From Bdellovibrionales bacterium (lineage in GTDB: Bacteria; Bdellovibrionota; Bdellovibrionia; Bdellovibrionales; JAKFYE01): DNA of 64,000 nt. Both the position numbers and the translations under genes were made by a program. The notes under the pieces were generated by a model. It saw only the letters and a list, made by a program, of their open reading frames with translations, was not told where the DNA came from and searched no databases. This document shows positions 29,120-39,580 of the stretch, in pieces. The stretch spans positions 3,310-67,309 of the forward strand of contig JAKFYE010000018.1 in the NCBI GenBank assembly GCA_021731045.1, written 5' to 3'. Numbering within the stretch: position 1 is the stretch's first letter; each line of letters begins with the position of its first letter.

Positions 29120-29277
29120 GCCTTGCCCAATAAGTCTTTTCATTATAGATGCGCAGGAATTTTTGCCCAGATTCAATGCACGACGACGAAGGGCTAGCCG
29201 TGGTAATTCGAGGAGGAGCAAATTGAATCTAGGCAAAAAGAACAAGTAGATATATGAAAAGACTTATTAGATAAGGC
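29120..29277. repeat. 158-bp bipartite inverted repeat (long hairpin, MITE-like or structured RNA)
   Basis: Outer arms 29120-29143 and 29254-29277 pair at 20 of 24 positions, including a 15-bp run AATAAGTCTTTTCAT. Inner arms 29160-29177 and 29222-29239 pair at 17 of 18 positions. Confidence 0.5.
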
Positions 29278-29511
29278 ACTCCAGTGCTATTTAGGCTTAC
29301 GATGTAGTCAAAATTGAATATATTTTGAATATTTTCAAACGTGCACGACCTAGGCGAATGTCGCTCCGTATTTTATGCAACTAATATGACCATTGTTTTT
29401 TGTTTTGCACCGCTCCATCTGTCTAGTCTTGTTAGGGAAAATCGAAGACGAATCTCATCGCATTTGCTAGTGTTAATCATCAGCAGTAAATATATTTACA
29501 GGTAAACAACG

Positions 29512-32253
29512 ATGAAAGACTTCACTCATTTGACAGTTGATAATTCTGAATATGTAGAAAAAATGTTTTCTCTATACCGAGAAGCTCCGGAAACACTACC
29601 AGGAGATTGGAAGTATTTTTTTGATGGCGTTGAGTTTGTAAAAAAATATGCAAAAGGAACTTCTGATTTTGATAAAGAAATGAAGGCCGTTAAAGTCATC
29701 GAAGCTTATCGCACTTACGGACATTTAAAAGCCAATTTAGATCCACTCGGAATGCAAAAGCGACGTTCTGAATTGTTTGAATTGTCTCGTTTTGGTTTAG
29801 TTGAAAAAGATCTGAAAGATTTGTATCAAGCGGGCAAGCTCGTTTTAGGGCGAGAGGCTCAGCTGTCAGAAATTATTTCGGTTTTAGAGACGACGTATTG
29901 TGGAACTTTCGCCGTTCAGTATGAAGATGTTCCGCAAGATATTCGTGATTGGGTAGTTCAAGAAGTTGAGCAAAAAAGAAAGTTTGAACTTAGCGCAGTC
30001 GAGAAAAAAGATATTTTTAATGACCTTTTGAAATCAGAGGCGTTTGAAAAATTTCTCCACACACGCTATGTAGGTGTTAAGAGATTTTCGGGTGAAGGCT
30101 CTGAGAGCATCATTCCCATTCTGAATCGCATTCTTACAGACGGCGTCAACACTGGCGCTACCGACGTCGTTATCGGTATGGCTCACAGAGGCCGTCTTAA
30201 CATTTTAGTGAATTTTTTTGGTAAGAGTTTTAAAGATCTTGTCACCTCGTTTGACGGTAAAGATTACGAAGGCCCGGCTTGGTTTACTGGCGACGTAAAA
30301 TATCACATGGGCTATTCAAATGATCGCAAAATGCCAAATGGAAAATCAGCGCACGTGGCCTTAGCTTTTAATCCGAGTCATCTCGAGACGGTGAATCCCG
30401 TTGTTGAGGGCATGGTTTGGGCAAAGCAAGTTGCTAAAGGCACCGAAAGTAAAAGTGCTGTTATTCCAATTTTAATTCATGGAGATGCGGCGTTTATAGG
30501 TCAAGGCGTTGTTCTCGAAACTTTACAGATGTCACAGCTCCAAGGTTATTCGACGGGCGGAACCGTTCATATCGCAATTGATAACCAAGTCGGATTTACA
30601 ACAGACTCGATCAACGCGCGCTCAACTCAATATTGTACGGATGTCATGAAGACTGTTCAGGTTCCCGTTTTTCATGTGAACGGCGATGACGCTGAAGCTT
30701 GTGTACGGGCAGCAGACTTAGCAGTTAAATTTCGAAATAAATTTAAAAAAGATATTTGCATTCGCATCTCCTGCTACCGAAAACATGGTCATAATGAAGG
30801 CGATGAGCCTTCTTTCACGCAGCCGCTGATGTACGAAAAAATTAAAACGCAACCAGCTCCACGTGAAAAATACCAACAACAACTTGAAAAAGAGGGCGTA
30901 TTAGCGACAGGAGAAGGAAGCAAGCTTTACGAAGCTGAGATTTCACGTTTGCAGACTGTTTTAGATGAAGCACGAGCCAATCCTTCGACATTGAAACTAA
31001 ATCGTGGCCAAGGTCCTTGGCGTGAATTCAAGGAAGTTAATATTGAAGAGACCCACGTCGCTGGAGATACAAAGGTGAGCGAAGGGCAAATCGTAAAACT
31101 CTGCGATATTATTCTAGGTACACCGACCGAAGTAGAAATCTTACCTAAGTTAAAATCAGTTATCGAAAAAAAATCTGCACAATTTAAAGAAAAGAAAACT
31201 TTGGATTGGGGTGCGGCTGAATTGTTAGCTTACGCCACGCTTTTACAGGAAGGTACAACTGTGCGTTTGGCTGGCCAGGATGCTCAGCGCGGAACGTTTT
31301 CTCATCGACATTCGGTTTATCATGATCACAAAACCAATAAGACATTTAATTTTCTCAATACGGTTAATCCCGGTAAAGCTCAGTTCTACGTTTATGACTC
31401 ATATTTGTCAGAATATGCAGCCTTAGGTTTTGAATACGGCGTGGCTTCCGCCAATCCTAATATGCTGACCATATGGGAAGCACAGTTTGGCGATTTTATG
31501 AACGGTGCTCAAATCATTATCGATCAATACATCTCGGCAGGTGAGCAAAAATGGCAGCAGATGAGCGGCCTCGTGATGTTGTTACCTCACGGATATGAAG
31601 GGCAAGGCCCAGAGCATTCGAGTGCGCGATTAGAAAGATTTCTGCAACTTTGTGCTCAGGGGAATATGCAAATTTGTAATGTCACAACTCCTGCACAATG
31701 TTTTCATATGTTGCGCCGTCAAATTAAACGAAACATACGCAAACCATTAATTGTTATGAGTCCAAAATCTTTGCTCCGACATCCAAAAGTCATTTCGCAT
31801 GTTTCAGAATTTACGAATGGCACTTTTCAAGAAGGCTTAGGAGATGAAACGATTACGGATCCTAAAAAAACAAAACGGGCAATTTTGTGCTCAGGCAAAA
31901 TTTATTTTGATTTGCTTGAAGAAAGAGAAAAGCTAAAAATCGAGGATACCGTCGCTCTTTTACGGGCGGAACAAATTTATCCTTTTCCGCATGTCGACTT
32001 AGTTAAAGATTTAAAACGATACTCGAATTTGAAAGAAATAATCTGGGCGCAAGAAGAACCTGAAAACATGGGAGCATTGTTCTTTGTACGCTCTAAAATG
32101 AATCGTCTTAAGGCCGAGTTAGATAAAAAAGATATAAACTTGGGTTATATTGCACGGCCAGAGAGAAGTAGCCCTGCGGGTGGATCTCCTTATAAACACA
32201 AGCACGAACAAGAAGAAATTTTGAAAAAAGCATTCAATCTGAATGGCGGATAA
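29512..32253 (+). CDS. sucA: 2-oxoglutarate dehydrogenase E1 component
   Basis: 913 aa with typical SucA sequence throughout (GMAHRGRLN, IHGDAAF.GQGVV, HGYEGQGPEHSSARLERFLQL). Confidence 0.95.
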   Translation: MKDFTHLTVDNSEYVEKMFSLYREAPETLPGDWKYFFDGVEFVKKYAKGTSDFDKEMKAVKVIEAYRTYGHLKANLDPLGMQKRRSELFELSRFGLVEKDLKDLYQAGKLVLGREAQLSEIISVLETTYCGTFAVQYEDVPQDIRDWVVQEVEQKRKFELSAVEKKDIFNDLLKSEAFEKFLHTRYVGVKRFSGEGSESIIPILNRILTDGVNTGATDVVIGMAHRGRLNILVNFFGKSFKDLVTSFDGKDYEGPAWFTGDVKYHMGYSNDRKMPNGKSAHVALAFNPSHLETVNPVVEGMVWAKQVAKGTESKSAVIPILIHGDAAFIGQGVVLETLQMSQLQGYSTGGTVHIAIDNQVGFTTDSINARSTQYCTDVMKTVQVPVFHVNGDDAEACVRAADLAVKFRNKFKKDICIRISCYRKHGHNEGDEPSFTQPLMYEKIKTQPAPREKYQQQLEKEGVLATGEGSKLYEAEISRLQTVLDEARANPSTLKLNRGQGPWREFKEVNIEETHVAGDTKVSEGQIVKLCDIILGTPTEVEILPKLKSVIEKKSAQFKEKKTLDWGAAELLAYATLLQEGTTVRLAGQDAQRGTFSHRHSVYHDHKTNKTFNFLNTVNPGKAQFYVYDSYLSEYAALGFEYGVASANPNMLTIWEAQFGDFMNGAQIIIDQYISAGEQKWQQMSGLVMLLPHGYEGQGPEHSSARLERFLQLCAQGNMQICNVTTPAQCFHMLRRQIKRNIRKPLIVMSPKSLLRHPKVISHVSEFTNGTFQEGLGDETITDPKKTKRAILCSGKIYFDLLEEREKLKIEDTVALLRAEQIYPFPHVDLVKDLKRYSNLKEIIWAQEEPENMGALFFVRSKMNRLKAELDKKDINLGYIARPERSSPAGGSPYKHKHEQEEILKKAFNLNGG

Positions 32254-32266
32254 ACTGAGGTACTAA

Positions 32267-33505
32267 ATGGATATCAAAATTCCAACTGTGGGTGAGTCGA
32301 TCACCGAAGTTACAATTGCTGAATGGCGAAAAAAAGACGGCGATTATGTTCAACAAAACGATGTATTAATTTTAGTTGAAACGGATAAAGCTACGGTTGA
32401 AGTGGCGGCTGAAAAAGCGGGATTATTAAAAATAAAAACTCCGGCTGGTCAAGTTGTTCCTGTTGGCAGCGTCGTCGGTGAAGTCGACACAAACGCATCA
32501 GCTCCAGCCAGCGCAGCTACGGCAAAACCAGTATCAGCACCGTCACCAAAACCATCAGCCCCTCCTGCTGCTCTTGCTACAAAACCTGCGGCAAATGGAA
32601 ATGGACATGGTGGCGACTTGATGCCGGCTGCACGAAGACTTGCGACAGAATCTAAAACCGATATTACTCAAGTCGAGGGGACCGGTCGCGGTGGTCGTAT
32701 TTTAAAAGAAGACGTTCAGCGCACAATCGAGGGAGGAGTCTCGCCAACAAAAGCTCCAATAAAACCAGCTGTTGATATTCCTCCTCGTCGCGAAATTCAC
32801 ACTGAAAAGGGAACACGCGTTGTTCCTATGACTACAATTCGTAAAAGAATTGCGGCTCGTTTGGTCGAAGCACAAGGTACAGCCGCCATTCTAACCACGT
32901 TTAACGAAGTCGACATGACAGCTTATAACCGTTTGAAAGATACATACGGAGAGAAGTTTAAAGAAAAATATGGAACTCGCTTAGGCTTCTTGAGCCTTTT
33001 TGCTAAAGCCTGTGTTGAAGGATTAAAAGCTTTTCAAGGCGTTAATGCGTTTATCGATGGTGACAATATCGTTTATAATGATTTTTATAATTTTGGTATT
33101 GCCGTTTCGACGGAGCAAGGATTGGTTGTGCCGGTTGTTCGTGATGTGGACGAATTGACTCTTGCCGAAATTGAGTTGGATATCAAACGTTTGGCTATTA
33201 AAGCGCGCGATGGAAAATTAGGAATCGATGATATGCGCGGCGGAACATTTACGATCACTAACGGTGGTGTTTTTGGTTCGCTCATGTCGACACCAATTTT
33301 AAACCCTCCGCAAAGCGGTATTCTGGGTTTACATAAAGTTCAGGATCGCCCTATGGCTATTAACGGTAAAGTAGAAATTCGTCCGATGATGTACATCGCG
33401 CTTTCTTATGATCATCGTATGGTCGATGGTAAGGAAGCGGTAAGTTTCTTAGTCAAAGTTAAAGAGTGTGTGGAAGATCCAGAACGCGTTCTTGTCGGAA
33501 TTTAA
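32267..33505 (+). CDS. sucB: dihydrolipoyllysine-residue succinyltransferase (E2o)
   Basis: Lipoyl domain ([10 protein letters not shown]), Ala/Pro linker, E3-binding domain, and catalytic SYDHRMVDG. Confidence 0.95.
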   Translation: MDIKIPTVGESITEVTIAEWRKKDGDYVQQNDVLILVETDKATVEVAAEKAGLLKIKTPAGQVVPVGSVVGEVDTNASAPASAATAKPVSAPSPKPSAPPAALATKPAANGNGHGGDLMPAARRLATESKTDITQVEGTGRGGRILKEDVQRTIEGGVSPTKAPIKPAVDIPPRREIHTEKGTRVVPMTTIRKRIAARLVEAQGTAAILTTFNEVDMTAYNRLKDTYGEKFKEKYGTRLGFLSLFAKACVEGLKAFQGVNAFIDGDNIVYNDFYNFGIAVSTEQGLVVPVVRDVDELTLAEIELDIKRLAIKARDGKLGIDDMRGGTFTITNGGVFGSLMSTPILNPPQSGILGLHKVQDRPMAINGKVEIRPMMYIALSYDHRMVDGKEAVSFLVKVKECVEDPERVLVGI

Positions 33506-33516
33506 TCGAGGTTTTT

Positions 33517-34905
33517 ATGTTTGATGTTGTTTTTGTCGGAGCGGGCCCTGGAGGTTATGTCGGTGCGATTCGTGCCGCGCAATTGGGTCTTAAAGTTGCC
33601 GTTATTGAAATGAAGTCTCTCGGGGGCACATGTTTAAATGTGGGGTGTATTCCGTCTAAAGCACTCTTAGAGTCGAGCGAGCTCCTACACATGGCGCATA
33701 AAGATTTTACGGATCATGGGATCGATATAAAAGGCGAAATTAAAATTAATATGTCTCAATTTATGAAACGCAAAGAAAAAATCGTTGCGGATCAAGTTGG
33801 TGGCATTGGATTTTTATTTAAGAAAAATAAAATCGAACACGTTCAGGGAAAAGGAAAAATTTTAGCTGTCGGAAAAGTCGAAGTGACAAAAGCAGATGAC
33901 TCTAAACAAGTCATCGAAACCAAAAACATAGTGTTAGCTTCAGGAAGTGTCCCTCGTGAGATTCCGAGTCTTACTTTCGATGGTCAAACTGTAGTTTCGT
34001 CCACTGAGGCTTTATGTTTTACCGAGGTTCCCAAAACCCTAGTCATCGTTGGAGGTGGGTACATCGGTTTGGAGATGGGATCCGTTTGGAACCGCTTAGG
34101 ATCTAAAGTCATCGTAGTAGATTTAGCTCCAGAGATTGTCCCAGCAATGGATAAAGAGGTTAGTACCGCATACCGAAAAATTTTAGAGAAGCAGGGTTTT
34201 GAGTTTGTTCTTGGTGCAAAGATCAATGGCTTTGACAAAAAATCAAAAGCACTAAAGGTTCAAAAATCAGATGGTAATGAAGTTGAGTTTAAATGTGATA
34301 AATTATTAGTGGCTGCCGGTCGCGTAGCCTTCACTGAAGGCTTAGGATTAGAAGAGGCCGGAATTAAAAAAGATGAGCGTGGAGTAGTTGAAGTTGACGA
34401 TCATTTTCAAACTTCCGTATCAGGAATTTATGCTATCGGAGATGTCATCCGAGGACCTATGTTGGCCCATAAAGCTGAAGAAGAAGGTGTGGCGGTTGCC
34501 GAAATTATAGCGGGCAAGCCTGGGCATGTGAATTATGAGACGGTTCCTGGAATTGTGTACACGTTTCCTGAAGTTGCAACGGTTGGAAAAACTGAAGAGC
34601 AACTTAAAACCGCGGGAATTGAGTATAATAAAGGCAAGTATCCGTACGCTCCGAATGGGCGAGCGAAAGCTTTAGGTTCCACAGATGGTTTCGTTAAAAT
34701 TTTAGCTGATAAAAAAACAGATCGCATTCTGGGTGTCCATATTATCGGTGCGCGAGCGAGCGAAATGATCGCTGAAGCCGTGGTCGCCATGGAGTTTCAT
34801 GCCTCGAGCGAAGACTTAGCACGAAGCTTTCACGGCCACCCCACGCTTTCGGAAATCATGCGTGAGGCCGCTCTTGATGTTACGGGAATGGCTCGTCAGA
34901 AGTGA
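33517..34905 (+). CDS. lpdA: dihydrolipoyl dehydrogenase (E3)
   Basis: FAD motif VVFVGAGPGGY, redox disulfide GGTCLNVGCIPSK, and C-terminal HGHPTLSE. ATG 33517 chosen over the 5' extension of the ORF track. Confidence 0.95.
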   Translation: MFDVVFVGAGPGGYVGAIRAAQLGLKVAVIEMKSLGGTCLNVGCIPSKALLESSELLHMAHKDFTDHGIDIKGEIKINMSQFMKRKEKIVADQVGGIGFLFKKNKIEHVQGKGKILAVGKVEVTKADDSKQVIETKNIVLASGSVPREIPSLTFDGQTVVSSTEALCFTEVPKTLVIVGGGYIGLEMGSVWNRLGSKVIVVDLAPEIVPAMDKEVSTAYRKILEKQGFEFVLGAKINGFDKKSKALKVQKSDGNEVEFKCDKLLVAAGRVAFTEGLGLEEAGIKKDERGVVEVDDHFQTSVSGIYAIGDVIRGPMLAHKAEEEGVAVAEIIAGKPGHVNYETVPGIVYTFPEVATVGKTEEQLKTAGIEYNKGKYPYAPNGRAKALGSTDGFVKILADKKTDRILGVHIIGARASEMIAEAVVAMEFHASSEDLARSFHGHPTLSEIMREAALDVTGMARQK

Positions 34906-35678
34906 ATTCGAATATTCCATAGGTCTGGAAAGAGCGGTTTAAACAGAGTGCCTCTTAAATATGGCGCGCCTGGCGACCCGCCAGTGCCCGGCTTAAATCC
35001 AATTGTGCGTTCGACCATTTTTACATGACGATAACGCCATTCTTGTATGCCTTCATCTAGATCCACGAGTCTCTCGCATATTTGCGAAAGAATCGGGTTT
35101 GTTTTGTATAAATGTATAAGAGCGGGTTGAACTTCTGGAGCTTCTTCCGTCGGAAGACGATAATTGCGAGACAAAAGTTTTTCAGGAATTTCGCATTTAT
35201 TCAGATGTAAAAAATAAAAGAAATCATCGTAAAGAGAAGGCTGGTCTAAACGCGAATTTAAGCGTTTTAGAATCTCAGGGTCCGTGTGATGTTTTAAATG
35301 AGCTTCACTTTTGTTTCCCAAAGCAAACTCAAACTCTCGAAACTGTACCGATTGAAAACCACTTGAAGTTTCAAGTCGAGTGCGAAACGAAGCAAAGCTT
35401 AGCGGCGACATGGTTTCAAGAATATCTATTTGACCGACCATTGTTTTGAGAATCGTAAGAATACGTTTAAATGTTGATAAGACATGTGTGATCTGGTTAG
35501 TTCTTAAAGATGTTTTTAAGTACTCCACTTCATGCAAAATCTGTTTAAACCATAATTCGTAAACTTGATGGATCACGATAAATAGCGTTTCATCGTGTTC
35601 GATCGGATCTTTAGAAAGAGGCTCCTGAAGTTTTAAAAGCTCATCAACCTTTAAATACTGTGTGTATGTAAGCGCCAT
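34896..35678 (-). CDS. kynA: tryptophan 2,3-dioxygenase
   Basis: YLKVDELLKLQ...HDETLFIVIHQVYELWFKQILHE and GTGGS are hallmark TDO segments. The 3' end overlaps lpdA by 10 nt (convergent). Confidence 0.9.
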   Translation of the reverse strand: MALTYTQYLKVDELLKLQEPLSKDPIEHDETLFIVIHQVYELWFKQILHEVEYLKTSLRTNQITHVLSTFKRILTILKTMVGQIDILETMSPLSFASFRTRLETSSGFQSVQFREFEFALGNKSEAHLKHHTDPEILKRLNSRLDQPSLYDDFFYFLHLNKCEIPEKLLSRNYRLPTEEAPEVQPALIHLYKTNPILSQICERLVDLDEGIQEWRYRHVKMVERTIGFKPGTGGSPGAPYLRGTLFKPLFPDLWNIRIHF

Positions 35679-35826
35679 GTAAAAATTCCTTCTGTGAATG
35701 TACGATAGACAATCCTCCCTAGGGATTCAAGCATAAGGCGACTTATAGAGGCATTGAATCAGAAATATTAGGCCCTTCTTTTGTAAGAGCCTTTGACACT
35801 GCCGCCAAGCTAGAGGAGTTGATTTT

Positions 35827-37242
35827 ATGAAGATAAAGCTTTTTATCTTTGCGTTGATAGTTCTGACTTTTGATCTTTCTTATGCGTTTCAAGAGGCCTC
35901 ACCCACTCGTGAACAATCCCTTTTAAAAGTTTTAAGTAATCCTGTTGAAGCAGGCCAAGCACGTATTGACTTGATTCAGGGCGCGAAAAAATCCATTACC
36001 GCTCAATATTTTATCTATGCGGACGACGCCGCTTCATTTGTGGGGCTTGCGTTACTTCGAGAGGCGGCTCGCCGTGGAGTGAAAGTCCGTCTCATTATTG
36101 ATTCTATGTATAATGGTATCCCGGTCGAATTACGCGAGCTTTTGCAAGTCGAGGGCATTGAGATTCGTGAATATCATCCTATCAATATTTTGCATTTGAG
36201 ATGGATCACTCACCGAATGCACGACAAAGTCCTGATCATCGATGAAGAAGAAATGATCACAGGTGGACGTAATATCGAAAATGATTATTACGAAATTCCA
36301 GGCGGACATAAATTTAAAGATCGAGACATCTATGTAAAAGGTTCGGGAGTTGTATCTCAAGCGACGACTTATTTTAATCAAATGTGGGAAGATAAAAAAA
36401 ATGTAAAGCCAACTTCATTTGGCGTGTACACAAAGAAAAGAATGGACGATGAATGTCTTTTAGGTGGGTTTGACAACCGCAGACTCTGTACTATGCAGCG
36501 AGATCATCTGCGCACAAAATATGTATCTGCGGTTAAGACACTCAATAATGCTTTGAAGTTTTTAGGCGGAGAAGGTGTGTTGCAACATGAATTTCAACTT
36601 CAGTCTGATCGCAGCTGGGCTTCAAACGCGGTACTCGTTTCGAAGGCTCGTTTTCTCTCAGACCCTGTTTTAAATAAAGGCCCAGGGATAGATGATAGTA
36701 TTATAAGTTTAATTAATGCGGCCCAAGTTTCATTTATCGCCGAAACACCGTATTTGGCACCCGACGTGGAAATGTTGGACGCGCTCGCGGCTGCGGTGAA
36801 ACGTGGAGTAGATGTTCGTATTTTAACAAACTCTTCGTATTCGGGAGATAGCCGTGCCGTATTGATTTCGTATTATAAAAGCGAACAAAAAGAAATGCTC
36901 CAAAGGGGAATTAAGCTTTGGGAGTATAAAGGGCCAGAGACAATTCACTCAAAGTCGTTCGTCGTCGATGATACTTTAACTTTTATTGGTTCGTTTAATT
37001 TTGATCGCATGTCTTTTAATCTCAATCGCGAAGTTGGAATCGTCACTGATGACAAAGAGATTTCGGCCGTGACTCGAGAGAGTATTGAAGAACGCATGCA
37101 GGGTGCATGGGAGATTGGTGAGGATGGTCGTCCTTTAGAAACCCTACAGCCGGAGCAAAGCTATCCTTGGAAACAAGGTACAAACGGCGTGATAACAAAA
37201 ATTATGCGCCTTTTGCTCCCTCTGTATAAACACATAATTTAA
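35827..37242 (+). CDS. exported phospholipase D / cardiolipin-synthase-like protein (two HKD motifs)
   Basis: Signal peptide. HKD motifs MHDKVLIIDEEEMITGGRN and IHSKSFVVDDTLTFIGSFN. Confidence 0.85.
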   Translation: MKIKLFIFALIVLTFDLSYAFQEASPTREQSLLKVLSNPVEAGQARIDLIQGAKKSITAQYFIYADDAASFVGLALLREAARRGVKVRLIIDSMYNGIPVELRELLQVEGIEIREYHPINILHLRWITHRMHDKVLIIDEEEMITGGRNIENDYYEIPGGHKFKDRDIYVKGSGVVSQATTYFNQMWEDKKNVKPTSFGVYTKKRMDDECLLGGFDNRRLCTMQRDHLRTKYVSAVKTLNNALKFLGGEGVLQHEFQLQSDRSWASNAVLVSKARFLSDPVLNKGPGIDDSIISLINAAQVSFIAETPYLAPDVEMLDALAAAVKRGVDVRILTNSSYSGDSRAVLISYYKSEQKEMLQRGIKLWEYKGPETIHSKSFVVDDTLTFIGSFNFDRMSFNLNREVGIVTDDKEISAVTRESIEERMQGAWEIGEDGRPLETLQPEQSYPWKQGTNGVITKIMRLLLPLYKHII

Positions 37243-37245
37243 AAT

Positions 37246-37683
37246 TTAAGCAGATTTTTTTGATGTTTCGAGAAAGTACTGAATTTGTTTTTGAACATCT
37301 GGGCGGCACGTGCCACATGCCGTAGATGCAGACGTTTTTTTACTTACGCTCAAAGGGGTGTGGCAGCCGGAAATGATCGCGTTGTTGACGCGTTCTGTAG
37401 GAATCGCTCGGCAGTGACAAAGCTCCTGTTCCGTATAAGGTGGTGTCCATTTATTTTGGGCTTGTAAAAGAAGCTCACGAAGCAACAAACTACTATGATC
37501 GTTGGCTTGTGGGAGGGGAACGTTTTCCAGAGGCCCTTTTAATTTAGGGCGCCATTCAACAAGTAAATCTAAAAGCTGGGTGCAGCCAATGCCTTTAAGG
37601 TTTGCGGTTTGAATCTCATCGCCGTTGAGGGTGAGATCTAGCGAAATCATATCTCTTCCCGGTAGGCCCACAGACCATTTCAC
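37246..37683 (-). CDS. BFD-like [2Fe-2S]-binding domain protein
   Basis: C-terminal CHCRAI...ACGTCRPDV has the C-x-C...C-x2-C pattern of BFD-like domains. 4-nt overlap with the upstream bfd-like gene. Confidence 0.6.
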   Translation of the reverse strand: MKWSVGLPGRDMISLDLTLNGDEIQTANLKGIGCTQLLDLLVEWRPKLKGPLENVPLPQANDHSSLLLRELLLQAQNKWTPPYTEQELCHCRAIPTERVNNAIISGCHTPLSVSKKTSASTACGTCRPDVQKQIQYFLETSKKSA

Positions 37684-37940
37684 GTCTTCTCACCCTTATA
37701 TTTTTTTTTCCCGGTAGTATCTGGAATAATTTTTTCGGGAAATGTTCCGGTTGTTAAATAGTGTTCAAGCATTGGCGCTAGCTTGCGTCGACAGCTCCCG
37801 CCGCAAGCGCCCACGCCGGCTGTCGTTGCATCAAATATTTTGTTCATAGAATTTGCGCCCTCCGAAATAGCTTTTTCAATTTCGTGACGTGGGACATTGT
37901 TGCAAAAACAAATGATCTCTTTGGTTTTACGTGGATCCAT
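37680..37940 (-). CDS. bfd: bacterioferritin-associated ferredoxin-like (2Fe-2S) protein
   Basis: 86 aa. ICFCNNV...GACGGSCRRKL is the BFD cysteine pattern. Confidence 0.7.
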   Translation of the reverse strand: MDPRKTKEIICFCNNVPRHEIEKAISEGANSMNKIFDATTAGVGACGGSCRRKLAPMLEHYLTTGTFPEKIIPDTTGKKKYKGEKT

Positions 37941-38919
37941 TTTTCTTCTTTAATTTCTTTTTTAGTGCGTCCAGTGTGATGTCTTTCAATTTAGTAAATT
38001 CGCCATTATAAGTTGCGCCAGCTGCCCACCGATGTCCTCCGCCGCCCAGTAATTCAGCGACTGATAAAACTTCAATTTGCCCTTTGCTTCGAAGACTCAC
38101 CTTAAATGTATTGGGGCTGTCCTCTCTAAAAATAACCGCGGTTTCTAGTGATTCGATATTCATAATCATATCGATCATATCACGAGTTTCATCAAGCGTA
38201 AGGCCATGATCTGTTAAATCTTGATCTCTAATTTTTAAAACGGCAATGCGACCATCTAAATGATATTCGATTTGACCTAGGGCTTTTGAAAGAAAGGCTA
38301 TCTTTCCTGCTGTATGGGTAGAAAATAAGCGACGATGAATATCTTCTGATTTGATATTAAAGTTTAGTAATTCAGATGCAATAATATGAGATTTTGGTGA
38401 ACTGCGAATGTAGCGAAAGACTTGAGTATCAAAAGCCACGCTTGTGTAAAGTGCTTGCGCTATGTTTTCATCCATTTCAATTCCAAGTTTTTTAATAATG
38501 TCGTAGACAATTTCACCCGTACTCGCGGCTGAAGTGTCAATGTAGGATCCTGCGCTAGGACTTGGTCCTTCAAGAAGAATAGGGTGGTGGTCGACAAATA
38601 AAATTTCTTTACTATATTTCTTTAACTCTACGTAAAGGATGCCTAACTGACGCTCATCGTTTGTATCAAAAATTAAAGCTAGATCATGAGGTTGCAGAGG
38701 TTTATGCGGGCGTTGATAGACTTCAAGAAAACTCGAGTGGTTAAGAAAGTGGTATTTAGGCGGAACATCGTCTACGTTCATTACGCGGACGCGTTTTCCA
38801 TCCTTTTTTAAGGCATGATACAATGCCAATTGTGCGCCCAATCCATCACCGTCACACTCGCGATGTGTACTCAGCAAAATGCTTTTAGCTTGTTTAATTT
38901 TGGCGACGAGTTTTTCCAT
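37927..38919 (-). CDS. nrnA: DHH/DHHA1 phosphoesterase, NrnA-type oligoribonuclease / pAp phosphatase
   Basis: HRECDGDGLGAQLAL (DHH motifs I-II), VDHH, and C-terminal GGGGHRWAAGA (DHHA1). Confidence 0.85.
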   Translation of the reverse strand: MEKLVAKIKQAKSILLSTHRECDGDGLGAQLALYHALKKDGKRVRVMNVDDVPPKYHFLNHSSFLEVYQRPHKPLQPHDLALIFDTNDERQLGILYVELKKYSKEILFVDHHPILLEGPSPSAGSYIDTSAASTGEIVYDIIKKLGIEMDENIAQALYTSVAFDTQVFRYIRSSPKSHIIASELLNFNIKSEDIHRRLFSTHTAGKIAFLSKALGQIEYHLDGRIAVLKIRDQDLTDHGLTLDETRDMIDMIMNIESLETAVIFREDSPNTFKVSLRSKGQIEVLSVAELLGGGGHRWAAGATYNGEFTKLKDITLDALKKKLKKKNGST

Positions 38920-39086
38920 CGCAATCTTATCGGAAAATCAGGGCTTTAAAGCACTCGACATTAGTAGGGGAATCGAGGATTTATCATGTCTAACGCATCG
39001 TTTCTCTGAGACTATAATTTCCGGAGTAATGATTGCTCGGGTCTGGGGTTTTCGTTATACCCTTCAGCTTCAATTAGGAGACCTCT

Positions 39087-39563
39087 ATGAAGAACGTTCT
39101 GCCAATCACTTTGCGTGGCAAGCTCAAGCTTGATTCTGAGCTAAAAAAATTAATTCACGAAGACCGTCCAAGCGTTATTCGTGACATAGAAGCGGCACGC
39201 GCAAACGGAGATTTAAGCGAAAATGCCGATTACGATGCGGCGAAAGAACGTCAGGCTTGGATCGAAGCCCGTATTCAGGAGATTCAAAATCATTTAGCCG
39301 GCGCTGAAATTGTAGATACATCTAAGTTGAAATCCCAAACTGTTATTTTTGGCGCTTCGGTAAAGCTTGTGGATATAGAAGAAGATAAAGAAATTGCGTA
39401 CCAGATCGTTGGTCCAGACGAAGCCGATGTAAAAGCCGGCCGTATTTCGTTGATCTCACCTTTAGCGCGTGCCCTCATCGGAAAACGCGTAAAAGAAACC
39501 GCTCTAGTCAACGCGCCAGGTGGTGAGAAGGAATACGAAATCGTTAAGATTTACTTTGAATAG
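39087..39563 (+). CDS. greA: transcription elongation factor GreA
   Basis: 158 aa. RANGDLSENADYDAAKERQAWIEARI and the C-terminal ISLISPLARALIGK are canonical GreA segments. Confidence 0.95.
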   Translation: MKNVLPITLRGKLKLDSELKKLIHEDRPSVIRDIEAARANGDLSENADYDAAKERQAWIEARIQEIQNHLAGAEIVDTSKLKSQTVIFGASVKLVDIEEDKEIAYQIVGPDEADVKAGRISLISPLARALIGKRVKETALVNAPGGEKEYEIVKIYFE

Positions 39564-39580
39564 TCCGAAAATAGGAGTGA

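Noticed and set aside
33466-33516. 5' extension of the lpdA ORF ([17 protein letters not shown])
   Set aside because: It overlaps the sucB 3' end. The conserved FAD-binding N-terminus begins at ATG 33517.
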